This document shows, piece after piece, positions 25,869 to 35,747 of a stretch of DNA of 64,000 bases. This DNA comes from Oscillospiraceae bacterium. GTDB taxonomy: Bacteria > Bacillota > Clostridia > Oscillospirales > Oscillospiraceae. The position numbers and the translations under genes are program-made. A model generated the notes under the pieces. It searched no databases. It was not told where the DNA came from and was given only the letters and a program-made list of their open reading frames with translations. Numbering within the stretch: the stretch's first letter is position 1; every line of letters starts with the position of its first letter. The stretch spans positions 62 through 64,061 of the forward strand of contig WRJQ01000002.1 in the NCBI GenBank assembly GCA_009778485.1, in the 5' to 3' direction.

Positions 25869-27326
25869 TTGAGCACAGACGCGACAGTGAAAAGCGGCAA
25901 AGGCAGGATAGACTTCACGACAGGGGTGCCGTGGAAGAAAATATCGCTCTTCGCCCTGCCGCTAATGCTCAGCAACCTGCTGCAGCAGTTATACAACACA
26001 GTCGGCGCGATGATTGTCGGCAGGGGCGTCAGCCATGTCGGGCTGGCGGCGGTGAGCCTCGCCGGGCCGTACCTGCGCGTCCTGACGTCATTTTTCATGG
26101 GGATCGCGATGGGCGGCAACGTGCTGATAGCCCAGTATTACGGTTCGAAAGACAAAGCCGGGCTGCGCAGGACAGTACACTCTGCGATCGTACTGTCGGT
26201 AACCGTCGGCGCGGCGCTGACGGTAATAGGCATCGCGCTGACGCCGACGATCCTCAGGCTGACGGGCGCCCCCGACGAAGTCTACCCGATGGCAAAGACA
26301 TATATGCAGATACTGTTCTCCGGGATAATATTCCAGATGACCTACAATATGCTCGCGAGCTTCTTGCGCGGCATGGGGAACTCGCACACGCAGCTGGTCA
26401 TACTGATCATCACATCGATCGTCAATGTGATACTGACATGGATGTTCGTCATAATCTTCGAGTGGAGCGTGGCCGGCGCCGCCATCGCAACCGTAATCAG
26501 CCAGCTAATATCCGTCGTGATAATCTTCTTCTACCTGCAGCGCAACGAATGGACAAGCATATCGCTTAAAGAACTGAAGCTGCATATCACGGAGACGAAG
26601 GAACTCCTCAGGATAGGCCTGCCGACGGCTGTCCAGCAAGTGGTCATGTCGTTCGCGGGAATGATAGTCATGGGCTTCATCTCGACGTTCGGGACGAGCA
26701 CGATTGCCGGTTATGGAGCCGGCAGCACGATCGACATGTACATCCAGATGCCGATCGCCTCGCTGAATATGTCTGTGACGCCATTTGCGGCGCAGAACAT
26801 CGGCGCAGGCAAGATGGACAGGGTACACAAAGCCGCGAAACAGGTAGTCGCGATAAATTCAGTGATCAACGTTGTTATCTCCGCAGCCGTGCTGATTTTC
26901 TGCAAGCCGCTGCTGAGAATGTTCACGGATAACGAGGCTACGATTGCAGCGGGCATAGTCATGCTGTCGTTCATCGTGCCGACAAACATACTCAGCGCGA
27001 TAAACCAGCCGCTGTCCGGGGTTATAAGGGGGTCGGGGGATCCGCTCACGCCAATGGCGAACTCGCTGCTCATGGTAGTGATTGTGCGCATCCCGGTGAT
27101 CTTCCTGCTGACATACATGTTCGGGCGGTCGCTGGAGCCGGGCGCGGCGCCCGAGCTGCTGATCCACACAGACCCGCTTGCCGTGTACCTGTCCCAGGCG
27201 ATATCGTATCTGGTAGGGCTGGGGAACATACTATTTGTATACAATAAGGGGAAATGGCGCAAGAAAGCCCTCGCCAGGATCGAAGCCATGCAGCGCATGA
27301 AGGCCGAAAACGAGGCCGGCGCATAA
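25869..27326 (+). CDS. MATE family efflux transporter
   Basis: 485 aa, 12 TM segments. N-terminal GVPWKKISLFALPLMLSNLLQQLYNTVGAMIVG is MATE-typical. TTG start. Confidence 0.7.
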   Translation: MSTDATVKSGKGRIDFTTGVPWKKISLFALPLMLSNLLQQLYNTVGAMIVGRGVSHVGLAAVSLAGPYLRVLTSFFMGIAMGGNVLIAQYYGSKDKAGLRRTVHSAIVLSVTVGAALTVIGIALTPTILRLTGAPDEVYPMAKTYMQILFSGIIFQMTYNMLASFLRGMGNSHTQLVILIITSIVNVILTWMFVIIFEWSVAGAAIATVISQLISVVIIFFYLQRNEWTSISLKELKLHITETKELLRIGLPTAVQQVVMSFAGMIVMGFISTFGTSTIAGYGAGSTIDMYIQMPIASLNMSVTPFAAQNIGAGKMDRVHKAAKQVVAINSVINVVISAAVLIFCKPLLRMFTDNEATIAAGIVMLSFIVPTNILSAINQPLSGVIRGSGDPLTPMANSLLMVVIVRIPVIFLLTYMFGRSLEPGAAPELLIHTDPLAVYLSQAISYLVGLGNILFVYNKGKWRKKALARIEAMQRMKAENEAGA

Positions 27327-27438
27327 CTGTTCAGGTACCCCGTTCAGGGGCTTCAATTGCATTTCATAAGATTGAAAAGCTCCCCTTCCGGGGAGCTTTT
27401 GCAATGCGGCGCCTGGAGGTAGTGGGTACCTGAACAGA
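27324..27438. repeat. Right copy of the cassette-boundary repeat; a 12-bp inverted repeat enclosing a terminator
   Basis: CTGTTCAGGTAC (27327-27338) pairs with GTACCTGAACAG (27426-27437). The blocks TAACTGTTCAGGTA and AGGTAGTGGGTACCTGAACAGA are identical to 20922-20952. Confidence 0.85.
27375..27400. terminator. Bidirectional rho-independent terminator
   Basis: AAAAGCTCCCC-ttcc-GGGGAGCTTTT between convergent genes. Confidence 0.8.
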
Positions 27439-27445
27439 TAGACTC

Positions 27446-27865
27446 TCAAGTCGACAGTATCGTTACAATAGAAGCGATCAACCCACCGGTGAACAAAAGG
27501 GCGACGACCGCCATCAGCACAGCCGTGCTGAAAACAGGATATTTCGTCAGCTTGGTAGGATAAAGCTTATGCGCCTTCCCGGGCAGGAGGACAAGCTCGA
27601 TGCTCTCGCCGACATTGGGCGCGAAATAGCCGAAACGCTTCATGGCGCAACTGCCGGTGTACGTCAAACCCTCGTACTCGTACGATACCTCCATAATGAA
27701 CTCTTTCCTCATGCGAGCCGGAAAACCCGCAAGGTTATCGAGAATCTCGCAAGAAACGAGGACGCCCTCTCTCCTTATCTTCCTGTACTTGACCAGCAGG
27801 ACGACGCAAAACGAAGCGCACGCCAGGATTATCAAAACCGTTGCGAGATAATAAGTCCATTCCAA
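27446..27865 (-). CDS. Small membrane protein, DUF3592-like (TM / beta-rich core / TM)
   Basis: TTG 27865 lies 9 nt after GGAAAGGGG. The track ORF extends to 27994, but that extension overlaps a strong plus-strand promoter. Confidence 0.45.
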   Translation of the reverse strand: MEWTYYLATVLIILACASFCVVLLVKYRKIRREGVLVSCEILDNLAGFPARMRKEFIMEVSYEYEGLTYTGSCAMKRFGYFAPNVGESIELVLLPGKAHKLYPTKLTKYPVFSTAVLMAVVALLFTGGLIASIVTILST

Positions 27866-27911
27866 ATTACTAAAACCCCTTTCCACCGTTGTAAATAATC
27901 GCTGAAAATTA

Positions 27912-27940
27912 TTGACATCCTCCGCGCGTAATAATATACT
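27912..27940 (+). promoter_or_regulatory. Near-consensus sigma-70 promoter of the ABC / ene-reductase operon
   Basis: TTGACA (27912-27917), 17 nt, TATACT (27935-27940). This leaves a leader of about 185 nt before GTG 28132. Confidence 0.65.
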
Positions 27941-28131
27941 ATGACCTATGACGAAGAGCTCCGGTAGCCTGTGAAGTAGGAGGACAGCGAACACGCTGCA
28001 GCGAAAACCCGCTTTTGCTAGATTATCCTATTTTCGCAATTTTGGCAAGCTATTATGAGCTGTTTTTCGTTTTTTTCGCAAATCGCCACCGCAGCACCGC
28101 GACCTTATGAACAGCAAGAAAGGATGATTGT

Positions 28132-29103
28132 GTGGGCAAATACGTAATCAAACGCATATTGATTATGATCCCAATCCTAATCGGCATCAGCTTCATCGTA
28201 CAAGTACTCGTATCCATCGCGCCCGGAGACCCCGCAAGATCGATCGTCGGGGCGGACCGCGAAGAATGGGAGTACGAGAAAGTCCGCGAGGAACTTGGAC
28301 TCGACAAACCGATGCTGGTGCGATACTGGGACTTCATCAGCAATGTGCTCAAAGGAAACCTCGGCGTCTCATTCTTCACCAAAAGACCGATATGGAGCGA
28401 GATAGCGACGCGCTTCCCCTACACGCTGATGATCGCACTCCTCAGCGTAGCCCTTGCAGTCCTGGTAGGCATCCCACTTGGGATATTCGCGGCTACGAAC
28501 CAGTTCACATGGAAAGACTCCTTCGCGGTGCTGCTATCATTAATTGTAGTATCGATGCCATCTTTCTGGTTCGCTTTGCTGCTGGTCCAGTTTTTCTCAG
28601 TCAAACTCCGCCTCCTGCCGGTATCCGGCATAGCGAACTGGCAAGGATACATACTGCCTGTCGTATCGATCGCGCTGGGGTATGCCGCGTCGATTATGAG
28701 GCAGATGCGCTCGAATATGCTCGAAGTTATACGGCAGGACTACATCATAACCGCTCGCGCCAAAGGCCTCTCCGAAGGAAAAGTCCTGTATAAACACGCG
28801 CTGAAGAACGCGCTGATACCCGTCGTCATGACCATAGGCGTCCTGTTCGGGATGTCCCTTGGCGGAGCGCTCATCGCGGAGACCATATACTCCCTCCCGG
28901 GGCTCGGAAGCTTTACGCTGGCCGGCCTCCAGAACAGGGACTACCCCGTGATACAGGGCAGCGTGCTGTTCATGTCGGTCATATCCATCACGATGATGCT
29001 GCTGATCGACATAGCCTTCTCGTTTATCGACCCGAGGATACGCTCGCAATACACGAGGCGGAGAAGAGGAGCGAAGGAGGGGTTAGGCCGCAAAGCCGCG
29101 TAA
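28132..29103 (+). CDS. ABC transporter permease, Opp/Dpp B-type
   Basis: MGKYVIKRILIMIPILIGISFIV N-terminus. GTG start. 323 aa. Confidence 0.8.
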   Translation: MGKYVIKRILIMIPILIGISFIVQVLVSIAPGDPARSIVGADREEWEYEKVREELGLDKPMLVRYWDFISNVLKGNLGVSFFTKRPIWSEIATRFPYTLMIALLSVALAVLVGIPLGIFAATNQFTWKDSFAVLLSLIVVSMPSFWFALLLVQFFSVKLRLLPVSGIANWQGYILPVVSIALGYAASIMRQMRSNMLEVIRQDYIITARAKGLSEGKVLYKHALKNALIPVVMTIGVLFGMSLGGALIAETIYSLPGLGSFTLAGLQNRDYPVIQGSVLFMSVISITMMLLIDIAFSFIDPRIRSQYTRRRRGAKEGLGRKAA

Positions 29104-29104
29104 G

Positions 29105-29950
29105 ATGAAAGAAAAGAAACAAAACGAAGTCTGGAAACGCCTGAAAAGGAAAAAGATAGCGGTCGTCGCTATGTTCATCCTCCTCGCGCTGTTCCTGATG
29201 GCGATATTCGCGCCGCTCCTGGCGCCCTACGGATACGAAGAAGCCGACCTGAGCCGCGGCCTTGAAAAATCGAGCAGGGAGCACCTGCTGGGTACGGACA
29301 GGCTCGGGCGCGACACCTTGAGCAGGCTCATCTACGGCTCCCGCCAGTCGCTGCAGATAGGCATCATAGCCCTGACGAGCGCGACGCTCCTTGGCGTCTT
29401 TGTCGGGTCGATAGCCGGCTACTACGGAGGGTTCGTAGATAACGCGATAATGCGATTCCTCGACCTGTTTAACGGAATACCGATGTTCCTGCTCACAGTT
29501 ACCCTTGCCGCAGTGCTGGGGCCGAGCCTCAGAAACGCCATAATCGCCATAGCCATCGCAATGTGGCCGGGCAGCGCGCGCCTGATGCGCGCGTCGATCC
29601 TCTCAGTCCGGGAGATGGAATACATCGAGGCCGCGAAATCAAACAACGCGAACGTCTGGAGGATAATCCTCAGGCACATCGTCCCGAACGCCATAGCCCC
29701 CGTGCTCGTCTCATATACGATGGGCATGGGCATGTCCGTGCTGCAGGGCGCGTCGCTCAGCTTTATAGGCCTCGGAGTGCAGCCGCCCATCCCGGAATGG
29801 GGCGCGATGATCTCCGACGCGCGGAGCCTGATGCGCTCGCAGCCGCAGCTTGCGATATATCCGGGTATCCTCGTGATGGTCACGGTGCTGGCGTTCAATA
29901 TGCTGGGCGACGGGCTTAGGGACGCCCTTGACCCGCGCTTGAAGGATTGA
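29105..29950 (+). CDS. ABC transporter permease, Opp/Dpp C-type
   Basis: HLLGTDRLGRDTLSRLIYG and C-terminal LGDGLRDALDPR. Confidence 0.8.
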   Translation: MKEKKQNEVWKRLKRKKIAVVAMFILLALFLMAIFAPLLAPYGYEEADLSRGLEKSSREHLLGTDRLGRDTLSRLIYGSRQSLQIGIIALTSATLLGVFVGSIAGYYGGFVDNAIMRFLDLFNGIPMFLLTVTLAAVLGPSLRNAIIAIAIAMWPGSARLMRASILSVREMEYIEAAKSNNANVWRIILRHIVPNAIAPVLVSYTMGMGMSVLQGASLSFIGLGVQPPIPEWGAMISDARSLMRSQPQLAIYPGILVMVTVLAFNMLGDGLRDALDPRLKD

Positions 29951-29951
29951 G

Positions 29952-30941
29952 GTGCGTGAAGTGGAAAATAATCAAGAAACTGTACTGGACATACGCGACC
30001 TTATCGTAAAATACAGGACGACCGAGTCCGTCGTCCACGCCGTAAACGGAATAAACCTCAAAGTAAGCAAAGGCGAGACCGTCGGGCTCGTCGGCGAGAC
30101 AGGGGCGGGCAAGACGACGACTGCGCGCTCGATAATGCGCATACTCCAAACGCCTCCTGCCGACCTGTGCGGCGGCGAGATCCTCTTCCACGGCGAGGAC
30201 ATCCTGAAAAAAACCGAAGCACAGATGCGCAAAATCCGCGGCAAGCAGATAGCCATGATATTCCAGGACCCTATGACAGCCCTGAACCCTATAGAAAAAG
30301 TCGGGCTCCAGATTGCTGAAGCGGTCAAGCTCCACGAAAAAGTATCGCAGTCGGCCGCCATAGAAAAAGCCTGCGATATGCTCGAACTCGTCGGCATCCC
30401 GATGGAGCGGTACATAGAGTACCCCCACCAGTTCTCCGGCGGCATGAAGCAGCGCGTCGTCATAGCCATGGCTCTGGCATGCTCACCTGAGCTGCTTATT
30501 GCGGACGAACCGACCACCGCGCTCGACGTCACGATACAGGCGCAGGTGCTCCAGATGATGCAGGAACTGAAGAATAAACTGGGTACTTCTGTCATAATGA
30601 TCACGCACGACCTCGGGATCGTTGCCAAATCCTGCCAGTCAGTCGCGGTAGTTTACGCTGGGGAGATAGTGGAATACGGCACGGCGGAGCATATCTTCGA
30701 GCATACGGCGCACCCCTATACAGTCGGGCTCTTCGATTCGCTGCCGCAGCTTGACTCCACGGAGAAGCGCCTGAAGCCCATCAAAGGGCTGATGCCTGAT
30801 CCGACGAACCTGCCCGAAGGCTGCAAGTTCTGCGACCGTTGCCCGGAAGCCTCGGAAGAGTGCAACACGCAGCCGCCTGAGGCAAGAGAAATTACGCCCG
30901 GCCACATAGTAAAGTGCCATCACAGGGAGGTGAGCGAGTAA
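29952..30941 (+). CDS. ABC transporter ATP-binding protein (OppD/DppD type)
   Basis: Walker A GETGAGKTT, signature FSGGMKQR, Walker B LLIADEPTTALD, and a C-terminal Cys-containing oligopeptide-type extension. Confidence 0.85.
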   Translation: MREVENNQETVLDIRDLIVKYRTTESVVHAVNGINLKVSKGETVGLVGETGAGKTTTARSIMRILQTPPADLCGGEILFHGEDILKKTEAQMRKIRGKQIAMIFQDPMTALNPIEKVGLQIAEAVKLHEKVSQSAAIEKACDMLELVGIPMERYIEYPHQFSGGMKQRVVIAMALACSPELLIADEPTTALDVTIQAQVLQMMQELKNKLGTSVIMITHDLGIVAKSCQSVAVVYAGEIVEYGTAEHIFEHTAHPYTVGLFDSLPQLDSTEKRLKPIKGLMPDPTNLPEGCKFCDRCPEASEECNTQPPEAREITPGHIVKCHHREVSE

Positions 30942-31897
30942 TGCCGGCGCTCCTTGAAGTCAGAAACCTTAAGAAATACTTTAAAAACCCCGCCGGTACG
31001 CTCCACGCGGTCGACGACATCAGCTTCGACCTCGACAGCGGCAGAACGCTCGGCGTCGTCGGGGAGTCGGGCTGCGGGAAGACGACGCTCGGCAGGACGA
31101 TCCTTCACCTGATCGACCCGACCTCCGGAGAAATGAAGTTCGACGGGAGGAATATATCCGCGCCGACTAACAAGGAACTCATACGCCTTCGCGAGGAGAT
31201 GAGGATCATCTTCCAGGATCCCTACTCATCGCTCAACCCGCGCATGTCGGTGAGCACCGCCATCATGGAGCCGCTGCAGATACAGGGCAAGCTGTCTAAA
31301 GCCGAAATCATCGAAGAGACACGCAGCCTGATGGATATAGTGGGAATAGCCCGCCGCTTCGAGAACGCCTATCCCCATGAGCTCGACGGCGGCAGGAGGC
31401 AGCGCGTCGGCGTCGCCAGGGCGCTTTCGCTAAGGCCAAAATTCATCGTTTGCGACGAGCCGGTCTCCGCCTTGGACGTCTCGATCCAGGCGCAGATAAT
31501 CAACCTGATGCTCGACCTGCAGGAAGAGCGCGGGCTTGCCTACCTGTTCGTGACGCACGACCTATCCGTCGTAAAGTACATTTCCGATGACATCATGGTC
31601 ATGTACCTCGGCAACATGGTCGAAAAAGCGCCGTCGGACGAGCTGTTCAAGAGCCCGCTGCACCCGTACACGAAAGCGCTGCTGTCCGCGATACCTGTCC
31701 CGAACCTCCGCGATCAGACTGAGCGCATCATAATGCAGGGCGAGCTTACGTCCCCCGTTAATCCGAAACCGGGCTGCCGGTTCATGGCAAGATGCCAGTA
31801 CGCTTCTGAAGAGTGCGCGGAGCCCCAGGTGCTGGAAGAGCACGCTCCGGATCACTTCGTCGCGTGTTGTAAATATAAGGCATTGGAAAATAATTAA
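30941..31897 (+). CDS. ABC transporter ATP-binding protein (OppF/DppF type)
   Basis: ATG overlaps the upstream stop (TAATG). Walker A GESGCGKTT, LDGGRRQR and FIVCDEPVSALD. Confidence 0.85.
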   Translation: MPALLEVRNLKKYFKNPAGTLHAVDDISFDLDSGRTLGVVGESGCGKTTLGRTILHLIDPTSGEMKFDGRNISAPTNKELIRLREEMRIIFQDPYSSLNPRMSVSTAIMEPLQIQGKLSKAEIIEETRSLMDIVGIARRFENAYPHELDGGRRQRVGVARALSLRPKFIVCDEPVSALDVSIQAQIINLMLDLQEERGLAYLFVTHDLSVVKYISDDIMVMYLGNMVEKAPSDELFKSPLHPYTKALLSAIPVPNLRDQTERIIMQGELTSPVNPKPGCRFMARCQYASEECAEPQVLEEHAPDHFVACCKYKALENN

Positions 31898-31912
31898 ACT
31901 TAGGAGGAAAAG

Positions 31913-33592
31913 ATGAACAAGACATTTTGGAGAATCGTAACCCTGCTGCTCTGCTGCGTAATGCTGGCCGGTATCGTCGCCTGTAACAAGGACGACGAGA
32001 CGAAACCCAGCGAAAGTTCAAGCGCCGGCGAAAGCTCAAATCCGGGAACGAGCTCAACCCCCGGAACGAGCTCCGGCCCGGGAACGAGCGATAGCCCCGG
32101 AAGCAGCGCGACGCCGGACAGCGGACCGCCCAAAAGAGACTACCTGAACGTCGCCTACTTCCAGGATGGCGGAACGCTCGACCCCCTGTACAACGTCGGC
32201 TGGGACTTCCTCTCCGCGCTCAGGATGATCTACGAGCCTCTGTGGGAGCAGTTCGGACAGGATGAAAACCTCGCTTACCGCTGGGTGCTTGCGGAAAGCA
32301 CGGAAGGCATCGAGAACGGATACGGTATCCGCGTGCACCTCAGGAAAGACGCATACTTCGCATCCGGGAACCAAGTGACGGCGGAGGACGTGCTGTTCAC
32401 GCTCGACAAAGCCAATAACCGTACCGGCGTTTCGGCGTTCTTCAGGACGCTGGACGACGAGAAGACGAAAGTCGTCGACGAGTTCACGATCGACATGATC
32501 TTTACCGAACTGTCGGTAGACCATATGGCCGGGTTCTCGAGCTTCTTCATTTTTGACAGGCTTTCCTATGACGCCGATACTATCGCAATGACGCCGGTCG
32601 GATCAGGCCCGTACAAAGTGGACGACTACATCGTCGGCAGCCACTTCAACATTTCGCTGAGGGACGACTACTGGGGCGGCAAAGTCGACGCCATCCCGAA
32701 GATCTTCTTCAAAAAGCTGACTGAGGAAGCGCAAAGGGTCAACGCCCTGATAACCGGCGATGTGGATATCGCCCAGGTGCCGTATGTGGAGATCGACTTC
32801 GTCAATGACACGATCGACAATATCGAAGTAAGCTTCTTCAGCGGCGACACGACAGCCGCTATACATATGAGCGCCTCGACGGAGCGCGACGTATTCTCGA
32901 AACTCGGCACCGACGCGCGCAAAGCGGTGGCGCTGGCCATTGACAGGCAGGCGATCGTGAACGTCGCGTACAGCGGCTACGCGAACGTGTCGAGGTTCCC
33001 GCTGTCCGCAGGAACTGCCGACGCATTCCCCGAGCTTTTCGACCAGGGCATTTACGGCATGGGCTACAACCCGACGCTGGCCAAGGAACTCGCGGAGTCT
33101 TCCGGACTTGTCAACTGCAAGCCGCTCCTTATCAACAACGGCGGACCGGTTCAAGTGCTGATAAGCGAAATCATTCAAATGAACCTGGCCTCAATCGGCG
33201 TGGATATCGAAGTGCAAACGCTGGATCAGGGCTCATGGCTATCGTTCGCGTTTGACTCGACGCAGTGGGATATGGCAGTCGACTTCACCTTCGGCAGCAC
33301 CTGCGCCGGCGGATACCGCACATGGTACAGGATGATCGGCGGGTACAACACGAACCCGTGGCCCGGCAGCGACAGGTTTGACGAGATCATCGAGGGGCCG
33401 CCCGCGATAACTGAGATTTCGGACTACAGCATCCTCAACGAGTACTATAAGGAACTGACCGCGATCCACGTCGAATCGATACCATGGTACGTGATATGCG
33501 ACGTCCTTGTACCGATGGCTCACGACAAGGATCTCAAGGGCTGGAAGCCGATGCGTTCCGGAAACATCATCTACACGGACCTTTCCTGGTAA
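31913..33592 (+). CDS. ABC substrate-binding lipoprotein, family 5 (peptide/nickel/opine type)
   Basis: Signal peptide with lipobox-like LAGIVAC, a Ser/Gly/Pro/Thr linker (PGTSS repeats), and about 500 aa of SBP_bac_5-like body. Confidence 0.75.
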   Translation: MNKTFWRIVTLLLCCVMLAGIVACNKDDETKPSESSSAGESSNPGTSSTPGTSSGPGTSDSPGSSATPDSGPPKRDYLNVAYFQDGGTLDPLYNVGWDFLSALRMIYEPLWEQFGQDENLAYRWVLAESTEGIENGYGIRVHLRKDAYFASGNQVTAEDVLFTLDKANNRTGVSAFFRTLDDEKTKVVDEFTIDMIFTELSVDHMAGFSSFFIFDRLSYDADTIAMTPVGSGPYKVDDYIVGSHFNISLRDDYWGGKVDAIPKIFFKKLTEEAQRVNALITGDVDIAQVPYVEIDFVNDTIDNIEVSFFSGDTTAAIHMSASTERDVFSKLGTDARKAVALAIDRQAIVNVAYSGYANVSRFPLSAGTADAFPELFDQGIYGMGYNPTLAKELAESSGLVNCKPLLINNGGPVQVLISEIIQMNLASIGVDIEVQTLDQGSWLSFAFDSTQWDMAVDFTFGSTCAGGYRTWYRMIGGYNTNPWPGSDRFDEIIEGPPAITEISDYSILNEYYKELTAIHVESIPWYVICDVLVPMAHDKDLKGWKPMRSGNIIYTDLSW

Positions 33593-33663
33593 CCCCGCAG
33601 CCCGACATGGGTTGTGGCACGCTATACCCCCTTCCCCCGTCCATATCAATAGGAAAATGTCTG

Positions 33664-33694
33664 CAAGGGCAGGTTGTCAAGCAGCCTGCCCTTG
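33664..33694 (+). terminator. Intercistronic hairpin (attenuator/terminator-like, no U-tract)
   Basis: CAAGGGCAGG-11 nt-CCTGCCCTTG between the binding-protein gene and the first ene-reductase. Confidence 0.35.
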
Positions 33695-33719
33695 AGACAA
33701 GAACTGGAGAAATACTGTT

Positions 33720-35693
33720 ATGATAAACGCTTATGAAACATTTCCCCACCTGCTGACGCCCCTGAAAATCGGGAATGTAATGTTCAGGAACAGGATATTC
33801 GCTTCGCCGGTCAGTTCTGCGGAAATAGTGATAGACGGCCAGCCCGCGATACAGGCGGTCATGTACCACGAACGCAAGGCGATGGGCGGAGCCGCCGTAA
33901 TAACATACGGCGAAGTCGACGCGGATCCCGCCGATTACGGGGAAGGCAGGTACCCGAGAGAAGTCACGAGAATGAGCAATTACAACTATGCCAGGCTCGC
34001 GAGCATGGTCACCCGCCAGGGAGCCGTAGCCTCCCTGGAACTATGCTTCTCGGGAGTCTTCGCCAGGATGTACACAGGCGGCGGCGACGTGAACCCGGCG
34101 TGGGGGCCTGTGGATATGACGATGCCCACCGGCTGGAAAGTCGCAGCAATGACCGAAGAGCGCATACAGGAAGTCGTCGAAGGCTTCGCAAAGGCAGCGC
34201 TTGCCGGGAAGAACGCCGGATATGACATGGTATGCCTGCACGGCTCCCATGGCTTCGGGCTTCAGCAATTCATGTCGCCGACGATGAATACAAGGACAGA
34301 TAAGTGGGGAGGCAACACAGAAAACCGCTGCCGCTTCCCCGTCGAGGTTATTAAGGCGATCCGCAAAGCCTGCGGACCCGGGTACCCGATTGAAATACGC
34401 ATGAGCGGGACCGAAGTGCTGGAAAGCGGCTACGGCATCGACGAAGGCTGCCGCATAGCGGAGCAGTTCGATGGGCTGGCCGACATCATCCATGTCTCCG
34501 TCAGCGCACTGGACCGCTTCAACCCGGAATCGTTTTCGCGCACGCATCTGAGCATGTTCTACCCGCATGGCAGAAATGTCGAATACGCTGCGGAGATCAA
34601 GAAACACGTGAAGAAATCATACGTCGGCACCGTCGGCGGCCTCAGCGACCCTTACCAGATGGAAGAGATCATAGCTACCGGCAAGGCGGACATAGTCTAC
34701 CTGGCGCGCGGGCTTGTCTGCGACCCGGACCTGCCGAACAAGGTGAGGCAAGGCCGCCCCAATGACATCCGCAAATGCCTGCGTTGCCTGACGTGCTTCA
34801 GCGAAGGCGTCGGCCACGGCGACCTCGTCTGCGCCATAAACCCCGAAATAGGCCGCGAGACTGAGGTCCACTACTCACTGCCAAAGCAGGCGAAGCACCG
34901 CGTCCTCGTGATCGGCGGCGGCATAGCGGGTATGCAGGCTGCGCTGTCCGCGAGCAGGATCGGGCATGATGTCATCCTGTGCGAAAAGGGCAGCGAGCTT
35001 GGCGGGAAGATTCTCTGTGAAAAAGACGTGCCGTTCAAGGAAGATCTGCATGGGTACATACTCCAGCAGGCGGGGCTGATAGCAAAGTCAAATATTGACC
35101 TGAGGCTGAACACGGAGGTCACTCCTGAATATGCCCTAAATGAACGCCCCGATACGATTATCGCAGCGATAGGCTCTGAGCCGGTAAAGCCGAAAATACC
35201 CGGCATCGACGGCCCGAACGTCCATCAAGCTATCGACGTGTTCAATGACCCTTCGCTCGCTAAAGGCAAGGTCGTAATCCTCGGAGCGGGATTCGTCGGC
35301 ACTGAACTCGCGATCTATCTCAAAGGCGAGCTTGGCATAGATACCGGGATAGTCGAAATGCTCGGGACCATCAGCACAGGCGGCAACAACACCCATGGCA
35401 ACGCGGTCAGGGATATGATCGGGCAAAATGACATCCCGATTCATTTCAACACGAAAGCCGTTGAAATTACGGATCGGGCGGTCAAATGCGAAGGCCCGGA
35501 TGGACAGACGGAGTTCGAAGCGGATACCGTCATCCTGGCTGCGGGCATGGTTCCCCTACAGGAGGAGGCAGCCAAGTTCCACGGTTGCGCGAAGGACTTT
35601 TACATGATTGGCGAATGCAGGAAGGCCGCGAATATCCTGTTTGCGACCAGCACTGCATACTCAGCGGCGAAGCTGATTGGGAGATACTGTTAG
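33720..35693 (+). CDS. FMN/[4Fe-4S]/FAD ene-reductase (2-enoate reductase family), paralogue 1
   Basis: 657 aa with an OYE half (LHGSHGFGLQQF, TDKWGG), CLRCLTC...C cluster, VLVIGGGIAGMQAA and ILGAGFVGTELA folds. Confidence 0.8.
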   Translation: MINAYETFPHLLTPLKIGNVMFRNRIFASPVSSAEIVIDGQPAIQAVMYHERKAMGGAAVITYGEVDADPADYGEGRYPREVTRMSNYNYARLASMVTRQGAVASLELCFSGVFARMYTGGGDVNPAWGPVDMTMPTGWKVAAMTEERIQEVVEGFAKAALAGKNAGYDMVCLHGSHGFGLQQFMSPTMNTRTDKWGGNTENRCRFPVEVIKAIRKACGPGYPIEIRMSGTEVLESGYGIDEGCRIAEQFDGLADIIHVSVSALDRFNPESFSRTHLSMFYPHGRNVEYAAEIKKHVKKSYVGTVGGLSDPYQMEEIIATGKADIVYLARGLVCDPDLPNKVRQGRPNDIRKCLRCLTCFSEGVGHGDLVCAINPEIGRETEVHYSLPKQAKHRVLVIGGGIAGMQAALSASRIGHDVILCEKGSELGGKILCEKDVPFKEDLHGYILQQAGLIAKSNIDLRLNTEVTPEYALNERPDTIIAAIGSEPVKPKIPGIDGPNVHQAIDVFNDPSLAKGKVVILGAGFVGTELAIYLKGELGIDTGIVEMLGTISTGGNNTHGNAVRDMIGQNDIPIHFNTKAVEITDRAVKCEGPDGQTEFEADTVILAAGMVPLQEEAAKFHGCAKDFYMIGECRKAANILFATSTAYSAAKLIGRYC

Positions 35694-35698
35694 TTTAG

Positions 35699-35747
35699 TT
35701 AGTAGTTAGTAGTTAGTAGTTAGTAGTTAGTAGTTAGTAGTTAGTAG
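35699..35747. repeat. Heptanucleotide tandem repeat (TTAGTAG)x7, with degenerate units on both sides
   Basis: Seven perfect units were read directly. The 3' degenerate unit TTAGGAG supplies the SD for the next gene. Confidence 0.95.
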
